Shown: positions 1-14,470 of the stretch, piece by piece | Layout of the letters: each line of letters starts with the position of its first letter | Numbering within the stretch: position 1 is the stretch's first letter | Origin: Eledone cirrhosa | Taxonomy: Eukaryota | Assembly: GCA_964016885.1 (NCBI GenBank) | Contig: OZ024762.1 | Span: forward strand, 11,904,001 to 11,968,000 | DNA: 64,000 bases | Reading direction: 5' to 3' | The notes under the pieces: generated by a model | What the model was told of the DNA's origin: nothing | The model's input: the letters and a program-made list of their open reading frames with translations, nothing else | Database searches by the model: none | Made by a program: the position numbers and the translations under genes

Positions 1-30
1 TATATACACACACACACACACACACACATG

Positions 31-69
<39 letters not shown>

Positions 70-399
70 ATATAGATGCAAAGACGCGGATATTTTTACG
101 GAAGATATATAAATAGGTTCATTATACATAAAATATATACATTATACTTATAAAGAAATATATATATATATAGTTATATAAACAGATCATATATATTTTT
201 ATATTATATATACACAGATATACATGTAGTTATATAAACAGATTATATATATATTATATATTTATATATAATGTATACAGATATACATACATGTATAGTT
301 ATATATATATTATATATACACAATATATATATATAGATAGATAGATTTATAAACAGATTATACATATAAATATATAAAGATACACACGTATACATACAT

Positions 400-452
<53 letters not shown>

Positions 453-1184
453 CACACACACACAGGCATCATGTGTAGATGTGTGTGAATAAGCATGATA
501 GAGGAGCTAGACGACCAAAAATGTCTAGCGCCTCTTTTAAGAAAGATATATACACACATATATATATGTATATATATATATAATAACTTACCATTTTCTG
601 TGGAAAAGATATATATATGTATATATTTGGAAACTTCGCAAGTCAAATGCGCAGTTTGATAATCAATGAATTATGCATGTAGTTCCCGTTACATTAAATA
701 ATAGACGAATGAAGTAAAACCAGTGAGTGTATATATGTGTGTATACGAGTGTGTATATAATGCATACATGTATATATATTTATTGTCTATACTGTATACG
801 GAAATATATAGATAGATCTATGTGTATATGTGTGTGTATGTATGAAGATGGTTTCAGGGGAGATAATTTGCGTTGGGAAACACGAGAGGAGAAGGAAGAG
901 AGAGGCTGAGTGAGTAGTAGCTAGGTCAGCCATTAATAAAGATGATGATGGGGGCGGTGATGGTGGTGGTGATGGTGTATTAATGGTGATGGTGGCGATG
1001 GTGAGGGAATGATGATGTGGTGGAGGGGATGGCGTTGTTGGTGGTAAAGGGGATGATGATGGTGGTGGTGGTAGCGTTGTTGTTTGTAGTGGTGGTGTTT
1101 TAATAGTGATAGTGATAGTGGTGGTGTTGGTGGGAATAATGATGATTATGATGGTGTTGGTGGTAGCGTTGCTGTTCGTGATGA

Positions 1185-1216
<32 letters not shown>

Positions 1217-1889
1217 ATGATGATTGTATTGTTGGTAGTGATGGTGGTGGTGGTAATGTTACTGATGATGTTGATAATGATGATGGCAATGCTGCTAAGG
1301 GAGACAGTGAGAGGGAGAGAGTGAGTAAGAGACAAAAAGAGTGTGAGGTTTATAGAGAGAGTGAGTGGTAGGTAGTATAATATAATAAGGATGGAGTAGG
1401 GGGAGAAAAGGGATGAGGGAGCAACAGACTACAAAGAGAGAGGAAGAGAGGGGAAGGTTATTTAAACAGTAGCAAGATGTGAACAAAGGGAGTAGGTAGA
1501 GTAAATAGAACAAAGAGGAGGTTTTAAGGATAAAATGAAGGGGAGTAGGAGGAGGAGGAAAGGGAACGTTAAGAAAAGGCTTTAAGGAACTGATGAAGGG
1601 GAGGAGGAAGAGGGAAGGTAAAGAGAAAGGTTTTAAGAATAATAAGAATAAAAGGGGAAGAGGAGGAGTTGGAGGAGCAGACGAAGGAAGAGGAAGGGGA
1701 AGGAAAGAAAGATAAAGGAAAAAGGTTTTAAGGACATAATGAAGGGGAGGAAGAGGAGAAGGGAGAAGAAGGAAAGAGAGGATAAAGAAAAAGGTTTTAA
1801 GGACATGAGGAAGAAGGGGAGGTAGAATATAGCGGAAAAAAAGAAAAGAAAGAAAGAAAACTAGGCAAAGAAGAGAATGGAAGGGAAAG

Positions 1890-2012
1890 TTTGCGTGTTA
1901 CGTCACCGGAATATGTGATGACGTTTCGGTAAGAACTTCGGTAGCCACGAAAGGATTAGAGTTCGTTGTTGCAAGATTTGACACTTGAGATATATATGTG
2001 CACTACGTCACT
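1890..2012. promoter_or_regulatory. Candidate promoter/enhancer with clustered CRE/ATF and ETS-like sites
   Basis: TTACGTCA (1898-1905) overlapping ACCGGAA, TGACGT (1919-1924) and CTACGTCA (~2003); locally CpG-rich in an AT-rich background; a GTAAGA donor-like site at ~1929. Confidence 0.35.
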
Positions 2013-2804
2013 TAACTTGTTGTAGAATATGAGGCCCAAAAAAATAAAGTTTTTTTCTATCTTTCCTAAACTACATTGTTTCTTTGTGGCTTGGAGAAAA
2101 CCAGAGAGAAGAAAGATTATAAGATGGTGAAAAGTTGGAAATATATAAATAAATTTAAAAATTTATAAATACGGACTTAATTATTTTTATAAGGGGTTTA
2201 TTTTCAGATTTAATGGAAATTTTTAGTGTATGTTACAACAAAGAAATATTAAGTTATTTTAATTAAATTTAATGGCAACAAATTTAACTACCCCCTTTTC
2301 TTAATTTTGCTGTTATGCTTTTCATTAAACATTTCGTTTCGTTACCATATCTCGAATGAAAGACACTGATTTTCAAATAATTTTGAAAATAATCAAGAAT
2401 TTTAAGAAGTTTAATAATAGTTTCTGATTAAGGCACTAGGCCCGATTACCACGAACTCAGTGCATTACTGGTATTTTATTTTATCGACCCTGCAAGGATG
2501 AAAGGCAAAGCTAACCTTGGCGAGATTTGAACTCCGACAGGCTTGATAATAAACTAACTTTATCATTCTTAAGTATATATTTAAGATATTACATAAAATT
2601 ATGGTGAAAGGTTTTTAGATAAGTAAAAACCCTTTAAAATAAACATCTTTGTATTGTAGAACCAGATGTGGGTACTGGTAGTTCTCAAAAGGGTTAAATA
2701 TATCTTTTATCTAATCTCATTATCTTGTTATCTATCTATTATACATACATCCATACATTCATTTATCTAGCCTATATATTCCTGTGTATATATATATGTG
2801 TGTG

Positions 2805-2910
<106 letters not shown>

Positions 2911-2961
2911 CTGCCTTTGTGTGTATATAGTATAGCTATCTTTCTCTCTCTCTCTCTCTCT

Positions 2962-3001
<40 letters not shown>

Positions 3002-3158
3002 ATGTGGTTGACGGCTGCGAAAAAGGAGTACTCAATACCGAAGAAGAGTTTAAATATTCATTTATATTAAGGCTAAATTGTGAGTCTTGTTACTCTGGAG
3101 TTTCGCCTGTTTAAGAAGACACTATTTAGCCTTTGTGCGTATATAGTATGGATTTCAG

Positions 3159-3199
<41 letters not shown>

Positions 3200-3208
3200 C
3201 TGTATATA

Positions 3209-3286
<78 letters not shown>

Positions 3287-3342
3287 GTATAATAAACAAT
3301 ACAATATAATTACCTCATTACCAGAGGTTTCCCGAATAATGG

Positions 3343-3401
3343 ATTTTATCTGATGAGTGCGTACCAAAGTTTGGGTACGCTTGAAATATATATAATAGAA
3401 T
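3343..3401 (+). ncRNA. Minimal type-I hammerhead ribozyme motif (Penelope-like)
   Basis: Stem I ATTTTAT/ATAGAAT; core CTGATGA (3350-3356); stem II GTGCGTACC/GGTACGCTT; GAAA; short palindromic stem III with an ATA triplet. Confidence 0.65.
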
Positions 3402-3521
3402 AAATATGGTTTTATAAATATAGTTTCCATTTATAGAACTCCAGAAAATTTGTCGAGTGCTCTGAATCAGTTATAAACATTTATATTTGTTGAATTACCA
3501 ACAAATTGAATATCCCTTCTG

Positions 3522-3555
<34 letters not shown>

Positions 3556-3664
3556 TCCTGATGATTTCTAAAGAATGAGACAGTTCTAGTCCTGTAGAAT
3601 CTCATCTATATATATATATATATATATATACAGAGAGAGAGAGAGAGAGATTTGGCTAGACAGA

Positions 3665-3875
3665 AACTGCAAGTTGGTCGTCGAATGGACCGCACCTGTT
3701 ATTTTAAAAGGCCAGTCTCTATCACACTGTTTCGTACTGAATCTCCCTGAGAATTATATTAAAGATACACGTCCGTGGGATACTCAGCCACTCACACGTT
3801 CATTTTACGAATGGGCTGTTCCGTTAACCGACCGTACAACTGGACTCATTCATCGTTGAAACCGACGAGGATCCA
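3665..3875. repeat. Dispersed ~200-bp repeat (copies at ~6850-7090 and ~35190-35370), probably a SINE body
   Basis: Shared cacactgt...ctgaatctccctgagaatta...ggctgttc...acaactgg. Confidence 0.65.
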
Positions 3876-3966
3876 TCTATCTAGTAACACTGGTACGTTT
3901 TAAAACGAAAATGGGGTTAGAAATTAAACCACTGTTATTAAGGATATTACTGCTATTTCGAGTAGG

Positions 3967-4022
<56 letters not shown>

Positions 4023-4297
4023 GAGAGAGAGAGAGAGATGACAAGGGAGAGACAGACAGAAGAGAGAGATAGAGAGAGAAAATAAGTCAATACAGACGAG
4101 GAAAGCTGAAGCGTGTGGGTGGTAAAATAGAACTAGATATGCTCACACATACCTATATAATATATAAATATATATATACACATACACATAACTACATTTG
4201 TATGTGTATATACACACATACACGTACCTATATCTATATATGTATACATACATACACACATAGGTACATATATATATATACATACATACACACATAG

Positions 4298-4361
<64 letters not shown>

Positions 4362-4654
4362 CCATACATAGCTGTGGTAGTAGTAGTGGTAATGTGGTGG
4401 TGGTGGTGGTGGTGGTGGTGGTGGTGGTGGTGGTGGTGATCATAGTGGTGGTGGTGGAGGTGGTGATCGTAGTGGTGATTGTAGTGATAGTGGCGGTGGT
4501 GGTGGTGGTGGTGGTGGTGGTGATGATGGTGGTGGTGGTGATCGTGGTGGTGGTGGTGATGATAGTGGTGATCGTGATGGTGGTGGTGGTGATAATCGTA
4601 GTGGTGTTTGTGGTGACGGTAGAGGTGATCGTTGGCAGCTCCACCATACCGAGG

Positions 4655-4990
4655 TATCAGGTGATATCCATGAGAGTACTTGGCTATTCTAGCACTTTAG
4701 TCCCGCTATCATCTCGTATTAGGTGATGTCCGCGAGAGGACTTGGTTATTCCAGCACCTTAATCTTGCTATCACCTCGCCAATGTATGAGGTGATGTCTG
4801 TGAGAGTACTTGGCTATTCTAGCACCTTAGTCCCGCTATCATCTCGCCTTATTAATGTATTAGGCGATGTCCGCGAGAGTACTTGGTTATTTCATTATCT
4901 TAGACTCACTATCACCTAGCCTTAATAATGTATTATGTGATATCCACGAGAGTACTTGGTTATTCCATTATCTTAGCCCCGCTATCACCC
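4655..4990. repeat. Minisatellite, 62-73-bp unit, 5 copies
   Basis: gtgatgtccgcgagagtacttggttatt... at 4661, 4723, 4791, 4864 and 4937. Confidence 0.85.
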
Positions 4991-6242
4991 GCAGCTATGC
5001 TGTGAGTATGTAGGTTTGCCTAAAAAATGATTAGAGAGAAACTACAGCCGCCCTTATGTCTGTCTTCTCTCACTGTTTCTTCTTACATTTTACACAAATT
5101 TTAAATATATAGATTGTTTCTACTTATTAGCTCAAGACCAGCGATTTGAAGGGATGGGAGAAATCGGTTAAATTTGAACCCACAACGTAAAGGTCCATAA
5201 CTATATGACGCAAATTAACCTCAGTGCACTACTGGTATTTATTTTATAGACGCCAAAAGGATGAAAGTTAAAGTTGATTTCAGTAGGATTTGAATTCGGA
5301 ACGTAGACACCCAAAACGAAAATTGCAAAGCATTCAATGCATGAGAGGTATTTTTGTCGGACGCCATAATGATTCTGGTAGTCCATCACCCTGAAGAGAA
5401 CGGCAATAGGACGGATGATGGTGGTTCTTGCCTTTCTCTTGATAATGGTTTCTGATTTTAGACACAAGGCCAACAATTTTGGGGGAGAGGAAAGTTTATT
5501 AAATCGACTCCAGTACGTGACTGGTACTTTATTTTATCAACCCATGTCTTTCATTTGAAATATGGTAATGAAAGGGTTAAAGTCTTTATATTTATCTAAA
5601 AACTTTCCATCGTGATTTTATGTACGAACCTTTGTTAAGTTATGTTCCAAAAACCAGCTTAATAACGGGAAAGTTAGTTATATTATTAAATTCTTCCAAA
5701 TTCTTGATTATTTTCAAAATTATTTGACAATCATAGAAATATATCAACGAAAAGGTTAAACTGTTTATATTTATCTAAGAACCTTACATCAGAAGTCTAT
5801 GGAAATTCTTCGTTATGTCCCAAACATCAGCTTAATAATAGTTTCTGATTTAGGCACAAGGCCAAGAATATTCAGGGGGAAGGAGCAAATCGATTAAATC
5901 GACCCCTGTGCATTACTGGTACTTTATTTTATCGACCTCCGTAAGGATGAGAGACAAAGTTAACCTCGGTGGGATTTGAACTCAGAACGTAAAGAAATAC
6001 TCCGATTGCTCTCACGTTTCAGCCCACCCGTCCCCCTTGGGTTTAATAGTTCTTGGGTAGTAGTCGGGGTTGGATAAACCATTAACCAAAATAAATACAT
6101 GTTTATGGTATGAAGGAAGAAAGCGACGTGAGGTGGAGTGTTATTTTATTAAAGTTAAATGAATGTTAAAATTTGCTGGCTTTAAGCCTAAATTAGAAAT
6201 CGATATTTTACATTTATTTAAATCGATGACAATAAAATTGCC

Positions 6243-6334
<92 letters not shown>

Positions 6335-7529
6335 TAGATTACTCGTTATCAAACAATTTATTTTTAAAGAGTTTTTTTGTTTGTTTGTACAAACCATTCT
6401 GAATTTACACCTATTTACAAAATCCTTGTTTATTTACATGGAAAAGATAAAGTGAAGGTTCGCGTATGTTGTAATATTTCCGTATACACTGATATGTGGG
6501 AGATGTTTTGTAGAGAGATTGAGGTCTACTTAAACCGAAAGATTGCCCTGGGGAGCGGAGGTAATTTTGTTTACATCACTTCAGTTGTTTATGTATATAA
6601 ATACAATAGGAGTCGTACTGTGACAAAATTTCTGCGAAAAGATGTTTCATGTCCGTTTTTAGTTCAAAAGATCCGTGTATTGCTTACATATATACCCTAC
6701 TTTATTATTTATTATTAGACGACTGACTCGGAACAGAGATTCTCTAATCCGGGTTTGTTTAAATACGTTTAAATTGAGGAAATGGTGGTGAAGTTGGTAA
6801 GAGGTTCGTTTTACAATAATTTGAAATAGAAACAATTATTTAACATAGCCTCGGGACGACCCATGGCTTAGGGGTGAAACTGTTTGGAACCCCATCAGAT
6901 GGACTATAGCTGTAATTCAGAAGGGCCAGATTTCTTACACACTGTGTCACGCTGAATCTCCCTGAGAATTACATAACATGATACACGTATCTGTGGAACG
7001 ATCAACGCCATGCTCGTAAATTTCTTAAGCAGGCTGTTGCGTTGATTCAACAACTGGTACACTCACCTTCGAAATCGACGGTGGTCCGTCGATTATTTAG
7101 TATTTCCAAGCTAAAATTGCGATGACACCACTAGGCCCCGACTTTAAGGCATGGTCTGTCTGACTCGACAAAACAAAACCCTTTATTATTGTTGAGTTAA
7201 GAATGTCTTCGGAAGAAAATCCCCCCTCTTGTTTTCTTTCCTTTATCATTATTGCTCAATGAATTATATTATTATATTTTCATACACGTTGAAGAATTAT
7301 TAGTAAGCCACGAAAGAAAGTATATAAATACGAAGAATAAGGAGTCGTGTGATGGTTGAAGATGTCAGTATATATTGCTTTCAGTTGAGGTGGGATATCG
7401 TGAATTATTTGACAAGATCGACCAAGTCCTTTTTAATTGGAATTAAACTCAGAAAGGAGAATAGAACAGTGATTCAGAACTGACGAGGAAGGCAAGAAAA
7501 GTTTCATTATGGCTAAGGCAAAATTATTT

Positions 7530-7892
7530 AATTCGAAGACCAGCGTGTGACATCCGTGATCAAACCCTTAGCAAGGGGACGTGCTCTAGCTCGGGTAAAT
7601 ATACCCCCAGTTCTGGAGCCAGCAGGATTAACCAGAATTGATGGTAAGTGACCAGACGGCCTGACCCTTTGTCCCCTGGGGTAAGAGGCAGATGTTAGAT
7701 ATAGGAGAGCACAGTCCTTTGCTCCCTCCCACATCTTGGGTGCCATGGTAATATGAAAGGGTCACTGCTTCCGTAACCCAACAGAATAAAATCCAAAAAT
7801 ACCCGAAAATATGAAGCAATTATTTCTTCTTCCAGCCTGTGGCATTTGAGACGTTTCAGAGTTGGGCCGCTCACAACGAGGTTCTTGTCATC
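7530..7892 (+). mobile_element. Degraded LINE fragment, restriction-like endonuclease C-terminus (CRE-like)
   Basis: Reads VLEPAGLTRIDGK*PDGLTL and FQPVAFETF; overlaps in sequence with 53310-53640. Confidence 0.6.
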
Positions 7893-8034
7893 ATTGGCCT
7901 AATTCCATCTTTTCGTGAGAAATTTTAACACAGGTTATTTTTAAAAGGGAGACGACTAAGTAAATTATATACTTAGTTATCTCCCCTAACAAAAATAAAA
8001 AAAATAAATAAATCAGAACCGATTTATGTTTAAT

Positions 8035-8578
8035 AATTGTTTCTACTTTTGGCACAAGGCCAACAATTATCTCAGTACAATACCCCGTAAGGATGAAAGG
8101 CAAAGTTAACCTCGGTGGGATTTGAACTCAGAACATAAAGGGCTGTAGCTATGCTGGAAAGCATGTCCGACACTCTACCGATACTGCCAATTCACCGTTT
8201 AATAATTGTTTATACTTTAGGCACAAGGCCAGCAATAACCCAGTGCATTACTGGTACTTTATTTTATCGACCCCGTAAGGATGAAAGGCAAAGTTAACCT
8301 CGGCGGGATTTGAACTCAGATCGTAAAGGGACGTAACTATGCTGGAAAGCATGGCGTCTGACCCTCTACCGATACTGCCAATCCACTTAATAATTGTTTC
8401 TACTATTGGCACAAGGCCAGCAATTACCTAGTACATTACTGGTACTTTATTTTATCGACCCCGTAAGGATGAAAGGCAAAGTTAACCTCGGCGGGATTTG
8501 AACTCAGAATGGCAAGGGCCGTAACTCTATGCGTCAAAGCATGGCGTCCGACCTTCTACCGATACTGCCAATTCACCA
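8035..8578 (-). mobile_element. Three head-to-tail copies of the dominant tRNA-derived SINE
   Basis: Reverse complement has A-box TGGCAGTATCGG, B-box GAGTTCAAATCC, a central gcctttcatcct...gtcgataaaataaagtaccag domain and an (ATT)n tail. About 25 full or partial copies occur in the window. Confidence 0.9.
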
Positions 8579-8593
8579 CTTAATAATGAGTTA

Positions 8594-8774
8594 CTGTCGG
8601 GTCTCGAATAATACCCCCCCCCCCCCCCCCCCCCAACCACCCCCGTTTATTAATTTTTCAGATTTTAACCCCCTGCTTATTCCACCCCCCTTGCTTATTC
8701 CACCCCACCCCTTCTTATTCCACCCTCACAACCTGCTTGTTCCATTAACTCCTCTATTATTTCGGACCCAGGAG
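8594..8774. mobile_element. TA-flanked MITE (Tc1/mariner-like); a longer relative lies at 45049-45706
   Basis: TA|CTGTCGGGTCTCGAATAAT ... ATTATTTCGGACCCAGGAG|TA. Confidence 0.6.
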
Positions 8775-9871
8775 TAATTCATTCAGAGATAAATTTATAT
8801 AATAAGTGAAATATTTATGAGAAAGTTAGAAACTTCATCAACATTTTTTTATTATAGAAAAATAATCTAAATATCAGGGCATATAAGTCCCCTTAAAGAA
8901 AGTGCTAATGTCTATTTTTCTCCGTCAACCCTTTAGCATTTACATTACTCTATATATATATTATTATTTTTACTATCATATTTTCATGGTAAATGCTTTA
9001 TCTCACTTAATTATCTCACATAATATTGAATGTATGAGATTTTGATGCTATTTATTTTGAGAACAATACCTTAACATAAATATGAACGGCCAGTTATGAC
9101 CAGTTTGAACAGAAAGAGGTGAGAGAATTCTGACCAGTTTAAATGTTAAAGGATTAAGGGGGCTTATATACTATGTTAGTTAGACTATTTTTTTATAGTA
9201 AAAATAATTCGATGAAGTTTCTAAATTTCATATTCCACTCATCTCTTCTAAACACGAAATATCTTTTTAATAAAAAAAAAAAATAATAATCAGGAATTTA
9301 TTCCAGTCATGCTGCAAAAACGGAGACACTTGTCCTCTCGAGGAAGCCTGCGCAGTGCACTCTACCTGAAGTACCACTGAAGCAGGTAGAGAAGTTCAAG
9401 TATCTCAGGACTGTGTTCATGAGTGATAATAATAACTATTTCTACTTTTGGCACAAGGCCAGCAATTATCCCAGTACATTACTGGTACTTTATTTTATCG
9501 ACCCCGTAAGGATGAAAGGCAAAGTTAACTTCGGCCTAATAATAATGAAAATTATTGGGTACAGTGCTCAGGTGCACTACAACTCATCAAAGGTGCATGT
9601 ATAGAACATAAAATAAAGTACACCGACGACTCTCTTAAGAAGAAGAACTAACATTTTCTTTAAGTTAGTGTTTGGAACGTAACTTAACAAAGGTTCTTAT
9701 ATAAAATTATGGAAAGTTTTTAGATAAATATTAAAATGTTATAACCCCCAACTCTGTGCTAGAAGTATGGGGGGTGGGGCTGGTTTCAGGCAGTTTTGCT
9801 ATCTTTACAGGTTAAATCTATTTCCCTCCCACACAGGAATGAATCAGGATTAAGCCTCTTACTTATGTATT

Positions 9872-9953
<82 letters not shown>

Positions 9954-10120
9954 ATTATGTGTGTGTGTCTGTGTATATCTATATGCCTGTGTCTGTTTAT
10001 ATGTGTGTGTGTGTCTGTGTATATATAATGTGTGTGTGTATATATATGTGTGTATATATGTGTGTATATATATATATGTGTGTATGTGTGTATATATATG
10101 TGTGTGTGTGTGTCTCTCTC

Positions 10121-10157
<37 letters not shown>

Positions 10158-10330
10158 CTGTATATATATATATATATATGTGTGTGCATGTGTGTATATA
10201 TATATGTGTGTGTGTATGTGTATATATATATACGTGTGTGTGTGTCTATATATATATATATATGTGTGTGTGTCTGTATATATATATATGTGTGTGCATG
10301 TGTGTATATATATATGTGTGTGTGTATGTG

Positions 10331-10401
<71 letters not shown>

Positions 10402-11427
10402 CTGTATATATATATATGTGTGTGTGTGTATGTGTGTATATACATATATGTGTGTGTGTACATGTACATGTAAGTATCGTGTGGTTAAAGGGATGATGAT
10501 GATGACGGAAGTGGTGGTGGTGTTGCTGGTGATGATGATGATCATACCAGTGGTGGTGGTGTTGATGATGATGAGGAGGAGGGGGATTAGGCAGAGGTGC
10601 AGGAGGCAGAGGGGACCACATTATATATCATGTCACCATTGTATGGAGAAATGGTTTAAGAAAAACCTATTGTGTTGAATATGACATGTAGCCTCTCGCA
10701 CCACCACTACTACCCCCACCACCACCACCACTGCACACCCTTGTCACCCCCACCACCACCGCCACCTTCATCACTACCATCACTGCCATCACCACTACCA
10801 CACACACACCACCACCTCAACAACCACCACTTCAATTACTACCACCAACAACCACCTCCACCACCACCACCATCACCACACTCTACTACCACCACCACCA
10901 CCACCACCACCACCACTTCAACCACTACCCCTTCCCCCCAAAACTTATACAACCACCTGACCTAATCAGTTTCTCAAAAGGTAACAATATGGACAAGTAC
11001 TTGGTTGGATGTAACTGTTGACTGGTCTCCTTCTGATTGTTTGTTATTGCTGCTGCTGCTGTTGTTGTTGTTGTTATTGCTGCTGTTGTTGTTGTAGTTG
11101 CTGTTGTTGTCATGTTTGTTGTTGTAACCATTGTTGTGTCTGCTGTTCTCGGGGAGAGATTACTGCCAGGAAATAGGAAGAATTTAGCAGAGAAACCAGA
11201 GTCTAATGTAAAGGTAAGCTCCTCTCCTGTCATCACCATCATCATCATCACCATCATCATTATCATCGTCATCATTGTTTTTACGTCCTGTTTTTCCACA
11301 CGTGCATGGGTTGGACAGGTCCTTTTCAGCACAGCATCTCTCCCCTTGTCCCCTTGTTGCGATCCTTCGTCATCTCCTTCTGCGATCTTTCGTCATCTCC
11401 AGTGTGAGTCTCAGTAATTTGAGATCC

Positions 11428-11750
11428 TTGGTCTTCCTCTACTGAGATCAGCTCTCACCACCTCTGCCCAGGTCTTCCATGGTCTTCCTCTACTGAGATC
11501 AGCTCTCACCACCTTTGCCCTGGTCTTCCTTGGTCTTCCTCTACTGAGATCAGCTCTCACCACCTCTGCCCTGGTCTTCCTTGGTCTTCCTCTACTGAGA
11601 TCAGCTCTCACCACCTTTGCCCTGGTCTTCCTTGGTCTTCCTCTACTGAGATCAGCTCTCACCACCTTTGCCCTGGTCTTCCTTGGTCTCCCTCTACTGA
11701 GATCAGCTCTCACCACCTCTGCCCAGGTCTTCCTTGGTCTTCCTCTACTG
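11428..11750. repeat. Minisatellite, 51-bp unit, 6 copies, derived from an RTE LINE C-terminus
   Basis: The unit encodes SRGRPRKTWAEVVRADL on the minus strand. Confidence 0.9.
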
Positions 11751-11776
11751 CAGTTTCCTTCCAATATATCATTATT

Positions 11777-12100
11777 GAAGTTAACCTTGCCTTTCATCCT
11801 TACGGGGTTGATAAAATAAAGTCCCAGTAATGTACTGGAGTAATTGCTGACCTTGTGCCAAAAGTAGAAACAATTATTATGGCAGTATCGGTAGAGCGTT
11901 GGACACCATGCTTTGCGGCATAGAGTTACGGCCCTTTACTTTCTGATTTCAAATCCCGCCGAGGTTAGCTTTACCTTTCATCCTTACAGGGTCGATAAAA
12001 TAAAGTACCAGTAATGTACTGGGGTTGATTTAACCAACTTTCCCCTCCCCTTCAAATTGCTGGCCTTGTGCCTAAAATAGAAACAATTATTATTATTATT
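11777..12100 (+). mobile_element. Same SINE family, one partial and one full copy in + orientation
   Basis: TGGCAGTATCGG at 11880, B-box ~11945-11957, (ATT)n tail. Confidence 0.85.
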
Positions 12101-12324
12101 ATTTTACTATATTGCCCTGATACAAATGTTGTGTTACAATATTGGCCTGATACAAGTGTTGTGTCACATCAATGTCCTGATACAAAGACTTTGTGTCACA
12201 TCAATGCTGTTATACAAAAGTTGTGTCACATCAATATCCCGATACAAACGTTGTGACACATCAATTATCTCTGAAAATACATCTATATATAAATTTGAGC
12301 GACTTCTGTCCGTCTGTCACACAA

Positions 12325-12389
<65 letters not shown>

Positions 12390-12586
12390 GTGTAAAAAGG
12401 AAGGAAGGGGATGGTGAAATAAACTATAGTAAAAAACAACGGCCGGCGTTCCATTTGCTACACGGTGTGTGAGTGTAAATGTATGTGTGTTTGTGTGAAT
12501 GTATGTCTATAAGTGTGTATTTTTGTAAGTGTGTCTGTGTTTGCACGTTTATATTTATATACTCAAACATATAAATGTATGCATAT

Positions 12587-12648
<62 letters not shown>

Positions 12649-13124
12649 TCTAGTCTTTAAAAAGAACCAAAACCTCAGTTTCCAAATACCAAGGCTCTAT
12701 AGGACTGGAGAATTCCCAGCCACTATTTTTGAGATCAAGCAGACGAGATATATATATTTTCATCATATATCATCATCATCATCACTGTTTAACATTTATT
12801 TTCCTTGCTTTCATATGTGAGATAGATTGTCACATTATGATGCAAGGCACACACATGTATATATTTACATATATATACATATATATATATTCATACATAT
12901 ACATACATGTGTGTAAAGAGGAAAGGGAAGGCCAGAAGAGTGTATATTTTGAGGTGTTTTTGTCCCAGTTTGGTGACAACTAATCTTGAGAGATGTTAAT
13001 CCTAGCCAGGGGCAGGTAACTGGGCATTAAGAAGACATTTATGAAGTAAACAGATTAAAGTGAAGGAAATAAAGAAGAGAAAAACTAAAATAAAATATAA
13101 ATGAATAGAAAGAGGGTTATTATG

Positions 13125-13126
13125 TA

Positions 13127-13173
<47 letters not shown>

Positions 13174-13211
13174 CATATGTGTATATATATATATATATGT
13201 GTGTGTATATA

Positions 13212-13245
<34 letters not shown>

Positions 13246-13325
13246 CATGTGTATATATATATATATATATATATATGTGTATATATATATTTATACATGT
13301 GTATATATATATATATGTGTATATA

Positions 13326-13376
<51 letters not shown>

Positions 13377-13411
13377 GTGTATATATATATATATACATAT
13401 ACATGTGTATA

Positions 13412-13470
<59 letters not shown>

Positions 13471-13541
13471 GTGTATATATATATATACATATGTGTATAT
13501 ATATATATATTACATATGTGTATATATATATATGTATATAC

Positions 13542-13583
<42 letters not shown>

Positions 13584-13717
13584 GTATGTATATATATATA
13601 TATATATACACATATGTGTATATATATATATATACACATATGTGTATATATATATATATATACACATATGTGTGTATATATATATACACACATATGTGTA
13701 TATATATATATACACAC

Positions 13718-13757
<40 letters not shown>

Positions 13758-13927
13758 ATATATATATATACATGTGTATATATATATACGTGTGTGTATA
13801 TATATATACGTGTGTGTATATATATACATATACATATATTTGCACACATAACTACATATTACACACATATACAGATATACATAATTAATATGCATACATA
13901 TTATTAATACTCATATATACATACATG

Positions 13928-14012
<85 letters not shown>

Positions 14013-14050
14013 GTGTGTCATTGCCATGAGGCTACAGTAACCACATGACC

Positions 14051-14118
<68 letters not shown>

Positions 14119-14225
14119 TCATCATTTTACGTCCGCTTTTCCCTGCATGCAAGGGTGGGATGGGTCCATATATATATATATATATGTGCACACACACCTC
14201 TCCACACACACACACACACACCCTC

Positions 14226-14258
<33 letters not shown>

Positions 14259-14470
14259 CCCCTTCCACACACACACACATACCCCCCATCCACACACACA
14301 CACACACCCCTCCACACACACACACATACGCACCCCTCCACACACACATACCCCCCTCAACCCCCCCCCCCACCCCACACACACACACATACACCCCTCC
14401 ACACACACATACATCCCTCCCCTCCACACACACACACACACACACACCCATACACCCCCCTCCACACACA
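13125..14470. repeat. Compound (TA)n/(TG)n/(CA)n microsatellite block (similar blocks at 1-460, 9870-10470, 29445-29850, 61635-62360, 63510-63810)
   Basis: Direct inspection. Confidence 0.95.

Noticed and set aside
11880-11960. tRNA genes suggested by A/B boxes (also 55828-55905)
   Set aside because: These are SINE heads continuing into SINE body; no complete cloverleaf is evident
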